This document shows, piece after piece, positions 40,587 to 54,083 of a DNA stretch of 64,000 nt (within the stretch, counting starts at the first letter, position 1; every line of letters begins with the position of its first letter). Position numbers and translations under genes: made by a program. This DNA is from Botryllus schlosseri (lineage: Eukaryota). The stretch lies in contig CM119372.1 in the NCBI GenBank assembly GCA_051294905.1, positions 28,832,001 through 28,896,000 on the forward strand, given 5' to 3'. The notes beneath the pieces were generated by a model. The model was not told the origin of the DNA, did no database searches, and saw only the letters and a program-made list of their open reading frames with translations.

Positions 40587-40749
40587 ATACTTACCTGACG
40601 AGGCAGTGAACCATGAACGAAAGGCGGATCTGCCCGGGCGAGGCCTAGCCATTGCACTTCGGCTTGGTTGACCTCAGCGATTACCCCAAATGTGGGTAAC
40701 TCGGTCGTGTAATTTCTGGTAGTGGGGTCTGCGTTCGCGCTAACCCTTT
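40587..40749 (+). ncRNA. U1: U1 snRNA variant (loop I GAACGAAAG)
   Basis: ATACTTACCTG, ATTGCAC, Sm AATTTCTGG, SL IV. Confidence 0.93.
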
Positions 40750-41014
40750 CCATCCAACCAACCATACTAATTAAATAGCTCACAGTGCACGGAAAAGAAT
40801 TCGTGGCCACCGGCTCTCGTAACGAGACTCACTTACATGCATTCTCGCAAAGCCGCTGATTATTATAAATAAACCAAATACTTGGTTTGTTGATTTATTT
40901 TCCCCCTCGGAACGAACGTGGCCATATAACACGTTTTGAGTTGGCCTACACCTCGATTTGTTCTCGTGGACCTGCGATATAGCAATGGCGTCTGACCTTT
41001 ACATCGTTATAGTG

Positions 41015-41873
41015 CAGGGGCTGGCAGCTTCTCCAGTCGGCGGGCCGGATAGAGGAAAATTAGGTACTTGGCGGGCCGGATTGCTGAATCGACACATTAT
41101 TCGCCCATTTATCCACATATACAAGGAATAAATCGTATTTAATAAATGTATTTTAACGACAGCAATGTCGCTTCAAAGCCATTTCTCCGATAATGGCGAG
41201 GACAGTGTGGATTTGAGAATAACATTATCATACAGGCGCCGCCATGTCTGCTTCACTCTGATCAATCAACACACGGTGCAATCCCTAGTTAAGATTTCAA
41301 GTCGTTCGATGACCCCGGTAACCCTAATTTACCAAGATATCAATTCATTAGGGTTGAGTAGGTGCCGTGATAGCGTCGTTGTTCAACGGTGTGGCGTAAA
41401 TAATCTCGAATATTTAATTCATACGGCCCGCGTTTTCTACAAAATTTGAAAACTGGCCTGTGACCCGTTTTGAGATGGCGACCCCTGGAATATGCGGTGC
41501 CTTACAAAAGCCTAGAAGTGTGGCGTGCTACAAGTCGGCGGTTGCAGAATCGAAAATAAGAAATATATCAGTCTGGTGTAAATGACCATTGTAGTCGACA
41601 AAAATCATGATTCCCACAGACGACATTAGGGTTGAGTGCATATCGCAAATGCCGATAATGCAAGTCTTCTCGCTTCGACGAACTTACGCGTATGCTCCAC
41701 TCTCGCAACGATGCGCACACACGTATATAATAATATACAGTCACTTAAATTTGACGTAGTATGCAAGTAGTGGGGGATCTCGACAGACTGGGGTCGCGGC
41801 CACATTATCATGTAAGACGGAAAACCGTCCGCGGGCCGGATCCGGCCCGCGGGCCGTATGTTGCCCACCCCTG
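41015..41873. mobile_element. hAT MITE, 859-bp form
   Basis: Same TIRs, TSD and site. Confidence 0.92.
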
Positions 41874-42445
41874 TTATAGTGTCTGTTTCTGGGTAAGATT
41901 TAACGATTAGCGGTTAGTAGGCCTTTTCCGTATAGTGCGAGCCTAATTTCTTTTTCACCTAGCTCTCCTGAACTGATCATATACACTTCATGTATTTCGA
42001 TAAGCGCCTGGATTGTGGCGAGAATTGATGACAGTCGGCAGATCAGAAATTAATCTTCAATAGGCTTTCCCTATATGCCTCGCTTTTGTAGCTGTGAAAA
42101 CTTTGCATTGCTATGTCACGCTTCTGTAATCCTATACCGGCTCTTTATTGGCAAAGCGAATATCAGAGCACCATGGAGATGACCATAAACCGCAAGATAA
42201 TGATTATCGCACTTTTAAGCAAGGAATGGACGGTGGAATTCGCAATTGGACGCCGCAGTCAGTCCAATATCATCGATGACGTCCCAATCATATTTGGCGT
42301 TCGCGTCTAGTAGAAACTATTTCATTTTGCTTCGGCTATTCAAAGCGCACTTGGTGAATGCATTTATGCATATGTGGAGAGCGTGCTCACCACAATATTT
42401 ATTTTGTTGTATGAAATTGGGTGTCAATAAATTTCTGGAAAACTC

Positions 42446-42609
42446 ATACTTACCTGACGAGGCAGTGAACCATGATCAAAAAGGCGGTTCTGCCCGGGCG
42501 AGGCCTAGCCATTGCACTTCGGCTTGGTTGACCTCGGCGACTACCCCACATGTGGGTAACTCGGTCGTGTAATTTCTGGTAGTGGGGTCTGCGTTCGCGC
42601 TAACCCTTT
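42446..42609 (+). ncRNA. U1: U1 snRNA (two SL III substitutions)
   Basis: U1 motifs intact; GACTACCCCACATGTGGG. Confidence 0.94.
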
Positions 42610-43387
42610 CCATCCAACCATACTAATTAAATAGCTCACAGTGCATGGAAAAGAATTCGTGGCCAGCGGCTCTCGTAACGACACTCACATGCATTCTCGC
42701 AAAGCCGCTGATTATTATAAATATACCAAATACTTGGTTTGTTGATTTATTTTCCCCCTCGGAACGAACGTGGCCACTGGCCATATAACTCGTTTTGAGT
42801 TGGCCTACACCTCGATTTGTGTTCGCAGACCTGCGATATAGCAATGACGTCTGACCTTTACATCGTTATAGTGTCTGTTTCTGGGTAAGATTTCACGATT
42901 AGCGGTTAGTAGGCCTTTTCCGTAGCTCTCCTGAACTGATCCTACACACTTCATGTATTTTGATAAGCGCCTGGATTGTGGCGAGAATTGATGACAGTCG
43001 GCAGATCAGAAATTAATCTACAATAGGCTTTCCCTATATGCCTCGCTTTTGTAGCTGTGAAAACTTTGCATTGCTATGTCACGCTTCTGTAATCCTATAC
43101 CGGCTCTTTATTGCCAAAGCGAATATCAGAGCACCATGGAGATGACCATAACACGCAAGATAATGATTATCGCGCTTTTGAGCAAGGAATGGACGGTGGA
43201 GGCGTCCAATATCATCGATGACGTCCCAATCATATTTGGCGTTCGCGTCTAGTAGAAACTATTTCATTTTGTTTCGGCGATTCAAAGCGCACTTGGTGAA
43301 TGCATTTATGCATATGTGGAGAGCGTGCTCACCACAATATTTATTTTGTTGTATGAAATTGGGTGTCAATAAATTTCTGGAAAACTC

Positions 43388-43551
43388 ATACTTACCTGAC
43401 GAGGCAGTGAACCATGATCAAAAAGGCGGTTCTGCCCGGGTGAGGCCTAGCCATTGCACTTCGGCTTGGTTGACCTCGGCGATTACCCCAAATGTGGGTA
43501 ACTCGGTCGTGTAATTTCTGGTAGTGGGGTCTGCGTTCGCGCTAACCCTTT
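43388..43551 (+). ncRNA. U1: U1 snRNA (near consensus, GGGTGAGG)
   Basis: U1 motifs intact. Confidence 0.96.
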
Positions 43552-43816
43552 CCATCCAACCAACCATACTAATTAAATAGCTCACAGTGCACGGAAAAGA
43601 ATTCGTGGCCAGCGGCTCTCGTAACGACACTCACTTACATGCATTCTCGCAAAGCCGCTGATTATTATAAATAAACCAAATACTTGGTTTGTTGATTTAT
43701 TTTCCCCCTCGGAACGAACGTGGCCATATAACACGTTTTGAGTTGGCCTACACCTCGATTTGTTCTCGTGGACCTGCGATATAGCAATGGCGTCTGACCT
43801 TTACATCGTTATAGTG

Positions 43817-44698
43817 CAGGGGCTGGCAGCTTCTCCAGTCGGCGGGCCGGATAGAGGAAAATTAGGTACTTGGCGGGCCGGATTGCTGAATCGACACATT
43901 ATTTGCCCATTTATCCACATATACAAGGAATAAATCGTATTTAATAAATGTATTTTAACGACAGCAATGTCGCTTCAAAGCCATTTCTCCGATAATGGCG
44001 AGGACAGTGTGGATTTGAGAATAACATTATCATACAGGCGCCGCCATGTCTGCTTCACTCTGATCAATCAACACACGGTGCAATCCCTAGTTAAGATTTC
44101 AAGTCGTTCGATGACCCCGGTAACCCTAATTTACCAAGATATCAATTCATTAGGGTTGAGTAGGTGCCGTGATAGCGTCGTTGTTCAACTGTGTGGCGTA
44201 AATAATCTCGAATATTGAATTCATACGGCCCGCGTTTTCTACAAAATTTGAAAACTGGCCTGTGACCCGTTTTGAGATGGCGACCCCTGGAATATGCGGT
44301 GCCTTACAAAAGCCTAGAAGTGTGGCGTGCTACAAGTCGGCGGTTGCAGAATCGAAAATAAGAAATATATCAGTCTGGTGTAAATGACCATTGTAGTCGA
44401 CAAAAATCATGATTACCACAGACGACATTAGGGTTGAGTGCATATCGCAAATGCCGATAATGCAAGTCTTCTCGCTTCGACGAACTTACGCGTATGCTCC
44501 ACTCTCGCAACGATGCGCACACACGTATATAATAATATACAGTCACTTAAATTTGACGTAGTATGCAAGTAGTGGGGGATCTCGACAGACTGGGGTCGCG
44601 GGCCACATTATCATGTAAGACGGAAAACCGTCCGCGGGCCGGACAAAATCCCTTCGCGGGCCGGATCCGGCCCGCGGGCCGTGTGTTGCCCACCCCTG
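43817..44698. mobile_element. hAT MITE, 882-bp form
   Basis: Same TIRs, TSD and site. Confidence 0.92.
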
Positions 44699-45270
44699 TT
44701 ATAGTGTCTGTTTCTGGGTAAGATTTAACGATTAGCGGTTAGTAGGCCTTTTCCGTATAGTGCGAGCCTAATTTCTTTTTCACCTAGCTCTCCTGAACTG
44801 ATCATATACACTTCATGTATTTCGATAAGCGCCTGGATTGTGGCGAGAATTGATGACAGTCGGCAGATCAGAAATTAATCTACAATAGGCTTTCCCTATA
44901 TTCCTCGCTTTTGTAGCTGTGAAAACTTTGCATTGCTATGTCACGCTTCTGTAATCCTATACCGGCTCTTTATTGGCAAAGCGAATATCACAGCACCATG
45001 GAGATGACCATAAACCGCAAGATAATGATTATCACACTTTTAAGCAAGGAATGGACGGTGGAATTCGCAATTGGACGCCGCAGTCAGTCCAATATCATCG
45101 ATGACGTCCCAATCATATTTGGCGTTCGCGTCTAGTAGAAACTATTTCATTTTGCTTCGGCTATTCAAAGCGCACTTGGTGAATGCATTTATGCATATGT
45201 GGAGAGCGTGCTCACCACAATATTTATTTTGTTGTATGAAATTGGGTGTCAATAAATTTCTGGAAAACTC

Positions 45271-45434
45271 ATACTTACCTGACGAGGCAGTGAACCATGA
45301 TCAAAAAGGCGGTTCTGCCCGGGCGAGGCCTAGCCATTGCACTTCGGCTTGGTTGACCTCGGCGATTACCCCAAATGTGGGTAACTCGGTCGTGTTATTT
45401 CTGGTAGTGGGGTCTGCGTTCGCGCTAACCCTTT
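45271..45434 (+). ncRNA. U1: U1 snRNA (Sm TATTTCTGG)
   Basis: ATACTTACCTG, ATTGCAC, SL IV. Confidence 0.94.
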
Positions 45435-46263
45435 CCATCCAACCAACCATACTAATTAAATAGCTCGCAGTGCACGGAAAAGAATTCGCGGCCGGCGGCT
45501 CTCGTAACGACCCTCACTTACATGCATTCTCGCAAAGCCGCTGATTATAATAAATATACCAAATACTTGGTTTGTTGATTTATTTTCCCCCTCGGAACGA
45601 ACGTGGCCATATAACACGTTTTGAGTTGGCCTACACCTCGATTTGTTCTCGTGGACCTGCGATATAGCAATGGCGTCTGACCTTTACATCGTTATAGTGT
45701 CTGTTTCTGGGTAAGATTTCACGATTAGCGGTTAGTAGGCCTTTTCCGTATAGTGCGAGCCTAATTTCTTTTTCACCTAGCTCTCCTGAACTGATCATAT
45801 ACACTTCATGTATTTCGATAAGCGCCTGGATTGTGGCGAGAATTGATGACAGTCGGCAGATCAGAAATTAATCTACAATAGGCTTTCCCTATATTCCTCG
45901 CTTTTGTAGCTGTGAAAACTTTGCATTGCTATGTCACGCTTCTGTAATCCTATACCGGCTCTTTATTGGCAAAGCGAATATCACAGCACCATGGAGATGA
46001 CCATAAACCGCAAGATAATGATTATCACACTTTTAGGCAAGGAATGGACGGTGGAATTCGCAATTGGACGCCGCAGTCAGTCCAATATCATCGATGACGT
46101 CCCAATCATATTTGGCGTTCGCGTCTAGTAGAAACTATTTCATTTTGCTTCGGCTATTCAAAGCGCACTTGGTGAATGCATTTATGCATATGTGGAGAGC
46201 GTGCTCACCACAATATTTATTTTTTTGTATGAAATTGGGTGTCAATAAATTTCTGGAAAACTC

Positions 46264-46426
46264 ATACTTACCTGACGAGGCAGTGAACCATGAACGAAAG
46301 GCGGATCTGTCCGGGCGAGGACTAGCCATTGCACTTCGGCTTGGTTGACCTCGGCGATTACCCCAAATGTGGGTAACTCGGTCGTGTAATTTCTGGTAGT
46401 GGGGTCTGCGTTCGCGCTAACCCTTT
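46264..46426 (+). ncRNA. U1: U1 snRNA variant (loop I GAACGAAAG plus stem I/II substitutions)
   Basis: GGATCTGTCC and GGACTAGCC; other motifs intact. Confidence 0.92.
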
Positions 46427-47234
46427 CCATCCAACCAACCATACTAATTAAATAGCTCACAGTGCACGGAAAAGAATTCGTGGCCGGCGGCTCTCGTAAC
46501 GACCCTCACTTACATGCATTCTCGCAAAGCCGCTGATTATAATAAATATACCAAATACTTGGTTTGTTGATTTATTTTCCCCCTCGGAACGAACGTGGCC
46601 ATATAACACGTTTTGAGTTGGCCTACACCTCAATTTGTTCTCGTGGACCTGCGATATAGCAATGGCGTCTGACCTTTACATCGTTATAGTGTCTGTTTCT
46701 GGGTAAGATTTCACGATTAGCGGTTAGTAGGCCTTTTCCGTATAGTGCGAGCCTAATTTCTTTTTCACCTAGCTCTCCTGAACTGATCATATACACTTCA
46801 TGTATTTCGATAAGCGCCTGGATTGTGGCGAGAATTGATGACAGTCGGCAGATCAGAAATTAATCTACAATAGGCTTTCCTTATATGCCTCGCTTTTGTA
46901 GCTGTGAAAACTTTGCATTGCTATGTCACGCTTCTGTAATCCTATACCGGCTCTTTATTGCCAAAGCGAATATCAGAGCACCATGGAGATGACCATAACA
47001 CGCAAGATAATGATTATCGCGCTTTTGAGCAAGGAATGGACGGTGGAGGCGTCCAATATCATCGATGACGTCCCAATCATATTTGGCGTTCGCGTCTAGT
47101 AGAAACTATTTCATTTTGTTTCGGCGATTCAAAGCGCACTTGGTGAATGCATTTATGCATATGTGGAGAGCGTGCTCACCACAATATTTATTTTGTTGTA
47201 TGAAATTGGGTGTCAATAAATTTCTGGAAAACTC

Positions 47235-47398
47235 ATACTTACCTGACGAGGCAGTGAACCATGATCAAAAAGGCGGTTCTGCCCGGGCGAGGCCTAGCCA
47301 TTGCACTTCGGCTTGGTTGACCTCGGCGATTACCCCAAATGTGGGTAACTCGGTCGTGTAATTTCTGGTAGTGGGGTCTGCGTTCGCGCTAACCCTTT
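47235..47398 (+). ncRNA. U1: U1 snRNA, array-consensus type
   Basis: All U1 motifs intact. Confidence 0.97.
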
Positions 47399-47663
47399 CC
47401 ATCCAACCAACCATACTAATTAAATAGCTCACAGTGCACGGAAAAGAATTCGTGGCCAGCGGCTCTCGTAACGACACTCACTTACATGCATTCTCGCAAA
47501 GCCGCTGATTATTATAAATAAACCAAATACTTGGTTTGTTGATTTATTTTCCCCCTCGGAACGAACGTGGCCATATAACACGTTTTGAGTTGGCCTACAC
47601 CTCGATTTGTTCTCGTGGACCTGCGATATAGCAATGGCGTCTGACCTTTACATCGTTATAGTG

Positions 47664-48545
47664 CAGGGGCTGGCAGCTTCTCCAGTCGGCGGGCCGGATA
47701 GAGGAAAATTAGGTACTTGGCGGGCCGGATTGCTGAATCGACACATTATTTGCCCATTTATCCACATATACAAGGAATAAATCGTATTTAATAAATGTAT
47801 TTTAACGACAGCAATGTCGCTTCAAAGCCATTTCTCCGATAATGGCGAGGACAGTGTGGATTTGAGAATAACATTGTCATACAGGCGCCGCCATGTCTGC
47901 TTCACTCTGATCAATCAACACACGGTGCAATCCCTAGTTAAGATTTCAAGTCGTTCGATGATCCCGGTAACCCTAATTTACCAAGATATCAATTCATTAG
48001 GGTTGAGTAGATGCCGTGATAGCGTCGTTGTTCAACTGTGTGGCGTAAATAATCTCGAATATTGAATTCATACGGCCCGCGTTTTCTACAAAATTTGAAA
48101 ACTGGCCTGTGACCCGTTTTGAGATGGCGACCCCTGGAATATGCGGTGCCTTACAAAAGCCTAGAAGTGTGGCGTGCTACAAGTCGGCGGTTGCAGAATC
48201 GAAAATAAGAAATATATCAGTCTGGTGTAAATGACCATTGTAGTCGACAAAAATCATGATTACCACAGACGACATTAGGGTTGAGTGCATATCGCAAATG
48301 CCGATAATGCAAGTCTTCTCGCTTCGACGAACTTACGCGTATGCTCCACTCTCGCAACGATGCGCACACACGTATATAATAATATACAGTCACTTAAATT
48401 TGACGTAGTATGCAAGTAGTGGGGGATCTCGACAGACTGGGGTCGCGGGCCACATTATGATGTAAGACGGAAAACCGTCCGCGGGCCGGACAAAATCCCT
48501 TCGCGGGCCGGATCCGGCCCGTGGGCCGTGTGTTGCCCACCCCTG
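47664..48545. mobile_element. hAT MITE, 882-bp form (right TSD mutated to TTACAGTG)
   Basis: Same TIRs and site. Confidence 0.92.
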
Positions 48546-49117
48546 TTACAGTGTCTGTTTCTGGGTAAGATTTAACGATTAGCGGTTAGTAGGCCTTTTC
48601 CGTATAGTGCGAGCCTAATTTCTTTTTCACCTAGCTCTCCTGAACTGATCATATACACTTCATGTATTTCGATAAGCGCCTGGATTGTGGCGAGAATTGA
48701 TGACAGTCGGCAGATCAGAAATTAATCTACAATAGGCTTTCCCTATATTCCTCGCTTTTGTAGCTGTGAAAACTTTGCATTGCTATGTCACGCTTCTGTA
48801 ATCCTATACCGGCTCTTTATTGGCAAAGCGAATATCAGAGCACCATGGAGATGACCATAAACCGCAAGATAATGATTATCGCACTTTTAAGCAAGGAATG
48901 GACGGTGGAATTCGCAATTGGACGCCGCAGTCAGTCCAATATCATCGATGACGTCCCAATCATATTTGGCGTTCGCGTCTAGTAGAAACTATTTCATTTT
49001 GCTTCGGCTATTCAAAGCGCACTTGGTGAATGCATTTATGCATATGTGGAGAGCGTGCTCACCACAATATTTATTTTGTTGTATGAAATTGGGTGTCAAT
49101 AAATTTCTGGAAAACTC

Positions 49118-49281
49118 ATACTTACCTGACGAGGCAGTGAACCATGATCAAAAAGGCGGTTCTGCCCGGGCGAGGCCTAGCCATTGCACTTCGGCTTGGT
49201 TGACCTCGGCGATTACCCCAAATGTGGGTAGCTCGGTCGTGTTATTTCTGGTAGTGGGGTCTGCGTTCGCGCTAACCCTTT
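49118..49281 (+). ncRNA. U1: U1 snRNA (Sm TATTTCTGG)
   Basis: ATACTTACCTG, ATTGCAC, SL IV. Confidence 0.94.
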
Positions 49282-50110
49282 CCATCCAACCAACCATACT
49301 AATTAAATAGCTCACAGTGCACGGAAAAGAATTCGCGGCCGGCGGCTCTCGTAACGACCCTCACTTACATGCATTCTCGCAAAGCCGCTGATTATAATAA
49401 ATATACCAAATACTTGGTTTGTTGATTTATTTTCCCCCTCGGAACGAACGTGGCCATATAACACGTTTTGAGTTGGCCTACACCTCGATTTGTTCTCGTG
49501 GACCTGCGATATAGCAATGGCGTCTGACCTTTACATCGTTATAGTGTCTGTTTCTGGGTAAGATTTCACGATTAGCGGTTAGTAGGCCTTTTCCGTATAG
49601 TGCGAGCCTAATTTCTTTTTCACCTAGCTCTCCTGAACTGATCATATACACTTCATGTATTTCGATAAGCGCCTGGATTGTGGCGAGAATTGATGATAGT
49701 CGGCAGATCAGAAATTAATCTACAATAGGCTTTCCCTATATGCCTTGCTTTTGTAGCTGTGAAAACTTTGCATTGCTATGTCACGCTTCTGTAATCCTAT
49801 ACCGGCTCTTTATTGGCAAAGCGAATATCAGAGCACCATGGAGATGACCATAAAACACAAGATAATAATTATCGCACTTTTAAGCAAGGAATGGACGGTG
49901 GAATTCGCAATTGGACGCCGCAGTCAGTCCAATATCATCGATGACGTCCCAATCATATTTGGCGTTCGCGTCTAGTAGAAACTATTTCATTTTGCTTCGG
50001 CGATTCAAAGCGCACTTGGTGAATGCATTTATGCATATGTGGAGAGCGTGCTCACCACAATATTTATTTTTTTGTATGAAATTGGGTGTCAATAAATTTC
50101 TGGAAAACTC

Positions 50111-50274
50111 ATACTTACCTGACGAGGCAGTGAACCATGATCAAAAAGGCGGTTCTGCCCGGGCGAGGCCTAGTCATTGCACTTCGGCTTGGTTGACCTC
50201 GGCGATTACCCCAAATGTGGGTAACTCGGTCGTGTAATTTCTGGTAGTGGGGTCTGCGTTCGCGCTAACCCTTT
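50111..50274 (+). ncRNA. U1: U1 snRNA (near consensus, TAGTCATTGCAC)
   Basis: U1 motifs intact. Confidence 0.95.
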
Positions 50275-51048
50275 CCATCCAACCATACTAATTAAATAGC
50301 TCACAGTGCATGGAAAAGAATTCGTGGCCAGCGGCTCTCGTAACGACACTCACTTACATGCATTCTCGCAAAGCCGCTGATTATTATAAATATATCAAAT
50401 ACTTGGTTTGTTGATTTATTTTCCCCCTTTGGAACGAACGTGGCCACTGGCCATATAACACGTTTTGAGTTGGCCTACACCTCGATTTGTGTTCGTAGAC
50501 CTGCGATATAGCAATGGCGTCTGACCTTTACATCGTTATAGTGTCTGTTTCTGGGTAAGATTTCACGATTAGCGGTTAGTAGGCCTTTTCCGTAGCTCTC
50601 CTGAACTGATCCTACACACTTCATGTATTTTGGTAAGCACCTGAATTGCGCCGAGAATTGCTGACAGTCAGTTATGAAAGTAATCTAGACGTAGGTTTGC
50701 ATTTAAAACAAACTTCTTTAAAACCAGGCCCTTGTTTAAAACATGTTTTTTACTGTTTTTTTAATCCGTCACGGCTAAAATATTCAATTCTGATGTCATA
50801 GTGGATTCACATTGACATTTGAAAACATTGGGTATATATAGCTCGTGTGACGAAATATCTACGTACTATAGCTGTTGAACCGACTATTTTGTGGGTTCCA
50901 ACCATCCCATATCTTGTACGTCGGCAATGTCGGGTGGGATTTGTCTGTAGGCTCATACAACGTGTTTTTTAGAAATTATTTACAGAATTATGGCATAATT
51001 TAGCAACTCATTAAAAAAACGATTTTTTTTAAAGGCGTTTGTTTAAAA

Positions 51049-52036
51049 CACTGTTTATCTCAATCCAACACGCGGCCCGCGAGGTCATATTTTGCGGCCC
51101 GGAACTTGATTTGAGATTTCGGAAGAAAGCTGAAAAACCATATTGAAATGCTGAAATATACTAATTTCATCATATTGTTGTTGTTCTTTAAAATTAAGCT
51201 ATTTTTTTGCCCAACATCACTGTTCGTCACTAGCTAAAACGGTTTTGGCGATGGCAACAGCATTCCATCGAGTAAGAATCAGCCGATATGAATGGCTATA
51301 TATAGCCTGGACGTGCAATGGCCCAAACACTGCCAAGTCCGAGACGCTTAGGAAACGGCTTATAGGGCAGTGTTTCTCAAACTGGGGATTGAGAGCATAT
51401 GAAGGGGACGCGAAGCTGCTGTCTACTGAAGTTTTTTTCGCGCATTGCGCGATATCCCTCAGATTCATGAATTTTGCTCTGTGTCTAGTCCGGAATTCAT
51501 ATTATGTATAATTCTCTCATCTACAGTCATAACCTTACATGCCATCAAACTATATCCATTGGGATCACTAGCATTCGGGTTGTATTTTGTGATATGACGA
51601 TAAGGGGGGCGCGAAATTCAGTGTCATAACGGGGAGCGTGCCTAAAAGAGTTTGGGAATTTCTGACTTAAGGCTTCCTCACAAGATCAAGCTTTATACGT
51701 GGAGATGGTCTTTCAGTAGGTAACGTGTCTAGCTAGCCCCAATATCGATTCCTTAGTTTCTGAAAAGCTTTTCCAGGTATTGTGTGGAGCACAGAGTTGA
51801 AATTAAATGAAATTGATAATAATGATTTTCTGTGGTATTTGTATCTCTTTAATAAAATATTACTTCTTTTGTGTTATCACTATGCCAATCGCTTGTGTTA
51901 GGTAGCACAGCGTTGTACTGACGTAGAGTTTTAAAACGTGGTTACCTATTTTATATTGACGTTGAATTCATGCGGCCCGCGGCTGCTACGACATTTGAAA
52001 AATGGCCCACGACCACTTTTGAGTTGGCGACCCCTA
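51049..52036. mobile_element. Degenerate hAT Charlie/Buster-type element nested in 50692-52096
   Basis: Left subterminal TCCAACACGCGGCCCGCG..TTTTGCGGCCC, right end GAGTTGGCGACCCCTA, flanked by GTTTAAAA on both sides; left TIR decayed. Confidence 0.6.
51368..51664. mobile_element. Small Charlie-type MITE (~300 bp), third nesting level
   Basis: Left end CAGTGTTTCTCAAACTGGGG, imperfect right end AGTTTGGGAATTTCTG; no clean TSD. Confidence 0.55.
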
Positions 52037-52323
52037 GTTTAAAACATGTTTTGAGCAAAGTCTTTTAAACAGCTATTTTTTTTAAATGCAACCCTATCTA
52101 CAACTTGTCGTAGGCTATAGCCTTAGGCCTTCTCTATATATGCTCGTTGCTCGTGCATGCAAAAGGAGACGGGCAAGAACACGAACCACAAGCAGAAGAA
52201 ATTATGGGCAACATACAGAAAGACACAAGCAAGAATCACCTACAAACTCAGCGCAGGTGGAATAAGCAAAAACTAAAGAAGGATAGAACTACAACAGCGA
52301 TGTGACACAGGGAAACCGAAAAT

Positions 52324-52352
52324 GTTGGGTCTGCGTTCGCGCTAACCCCTTT
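52324..52352 (+). pseudogene. U1: U1 snRNA 3' fragment (stem-loop IV only), followed by diverged U1 3' flank to ~52430
   Basis: GTTGGGTCTGCGTTCGCGCTAACCCCTTT then CACAGTACATGAAAAAGAATT..TGGCCAG..CGTAAC, matching the array's downstream flank; no 5' arm or Sm site. Confidence 0.85.
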
Positions 52353-52551
52353 CATCCATGTATACTTATTATCAAATCAGCCACAGTACATGAAAAAGAA
52401 TTATTGGCCAGTGCAGCTGTCGTAACTGTACTATAACCTAGGCCAGGGGCGGGCAACTTCTACGGTCGGCGGGCCTGATTGGGGAAAATGAAGTACTTGG
52501 CGAGCCAGAATACAAAATCGATACAATAATCGCGTAATTATCCACCTATAC

Positions 52552-54083
52552 CAGGGGCGGGCAACTTCTCCAGTCGGCGGGCCGGATATAGGAAAATTGA
52601 GTACTTGGCGGGCCGGATCGCTGAATCGATACATTATTCGCCCATTTATCCAAATATACAAGGAATAAATCGTATATAATGAATGTATTTTAACGACAAC
52701 CATGTAACTTCAAAGCGATTTCTCGCCAATAATGACGAAGACAATGTGGATTTGAGAACAGCATTGTCATACAGGCACCACCATGTCTGCTTATCTCTGA
52801 CCAATCAACACACGGTGCAATCCTTAATTAGGATTTCAAGGCGTTCGATAAGCCCAGTACCCCAAATTTACCGAGACATCAATTCATTAGGGTTTAGTAC
52901 AGTGGTTCTCAACCTTTTTGTCTTTGCGGACTCGTTCTGGACCGCCACGGACCCCCGCAAGTTTTCGTTCAAAATTAGATCAATTATCGCGCAACCGTTA
53001 TCTGTCTCCTGTCTTGTGTCTATAGTGATAAACATCCACACAATGACTTTTCTTGAAAATAACATCATACTATATGTAGAAATTGGGTAGACTTTTATTT
53101 TCAGCTGTATTCATTGTCTTGAAAATCCGCGTTTTCGATTAGATATGAGCAAGCGCCGAAAATCCATTTTCGCAAATATATATTGGTGGCGAATATAATA
53201 TTAACGCGTAACGCTTCCGACGACAGCTTTTGGTATGAGTTTTTGCTGTACATATCACGTCCAGTCTGGTCATTTCTATCTTGCATCTCATATTGAAGTT
53301 ATTTAGTGGTTATATCTCAGGACACAATGGATTTCGTGATGAGGTTCCAATTCCTTCATTGGGACAGATTGGGAAAAAATTTCAGGATTTTCTATTTCAA
53401 ACGACTGTTTACTAATATGCTGAGACTGGCAACTCCACTAATTTGCTGAGACTGATAACTCCAAATCCAAAATGCCATCTCCAACATTTTATTTTTCCAC
53501 AAACCCCACCAAAACATCTCTAAACAGCAATATGTTTGCGTCGGCAGGCTATTGGTAATTTGAGAATAAAATGAGTAATCACTGCCGGATATTTGATCTC
53601 GGACGAACATTTTAAGGATGTGGGTCCTAAAGTTTGAGCAATTTTGAAACGAAACTGTCTCATGCTTTTCCTATTTAAAAATAAGAATCAGGTTTGCAAT
53701 CACTTTACAAATTTAGAGGTTTCGCGGACCCCGGAGGTCCGCGAACCCCCGGTTGAGAACCACTGGTCTAGTAGGTGACGGAATCCAAAATAAGAAATAT
53801 CGGCCTGGTGTAAATGACCATTATAGTTGACAAACACCATGATTACCACAAATGACATTAGGGTTGAGTACATCGTAAATGCCGATAATGCAAGTCTTCC
53901 CGCTTCGACGAACTTACGCGTAAGCTCCACCTTCGCTCGCTGCGCATACATGTGCATAGTAACACACAGTCACTAAAATTTGATGTAGTAAGCAAGTAGT
54001 GGGGAATGTCAGAAGACTGGGGCCGCGGGCCATTATCATGTAAGACGGAAAACTGTCCGCGGGCCGTATGTTGCCCGCCCCTG
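52552..54083. mobile_element. Diverged relative of the array MITE inserted into the outer element
   Basis: Perfect TIR CAGGGGCGGGCAAC / GTTGCCCGCCCCTG, perfect 8-bp TSD ACCTATAC (52544-52551, 54084-54091); internal sequence alignable to the array MITE. Confidence 0.92.
52900..53765. mobile_element. Charlie-type hAT MITE (866 bp) nested in 52552-54083
   Basis: Perfect 15-bp TIR CAGTGGTTCTCAACC / GGTTGAGAACCACTG; TSD GTTTAGTA / GTCTAGTA (7/8). Confidence 0.9.

Larger units (their letters stand above)
1..50640 (+). repeat. U1 snRNA tandem gene array, block 1 (33 U1 copies; ~0.94-1.0 kb units without MITE, ~1.84-1.88 kb units with MITE)
   Basis: The same spacer+U1 unit recurs head-to-tail; U1 start spacings of 993, 1878, 1839, 1860 bp etc. 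Confidence 0.97.
50692..52096. mobile_element. Old hAT-like non-autonomous element inserted in a diverged U1 spacer; hosts nested elements
   Basis: TIR TAGGTTTGCATTTAAAA / TTTTAAATGCAACCCTA (16/17 match), repeated TTTAAAAC subterminal motifs, degenerate TSD TCTAGACG / TCTACAAC at the spacer site TCTACAAT. Confidence 0.7.
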
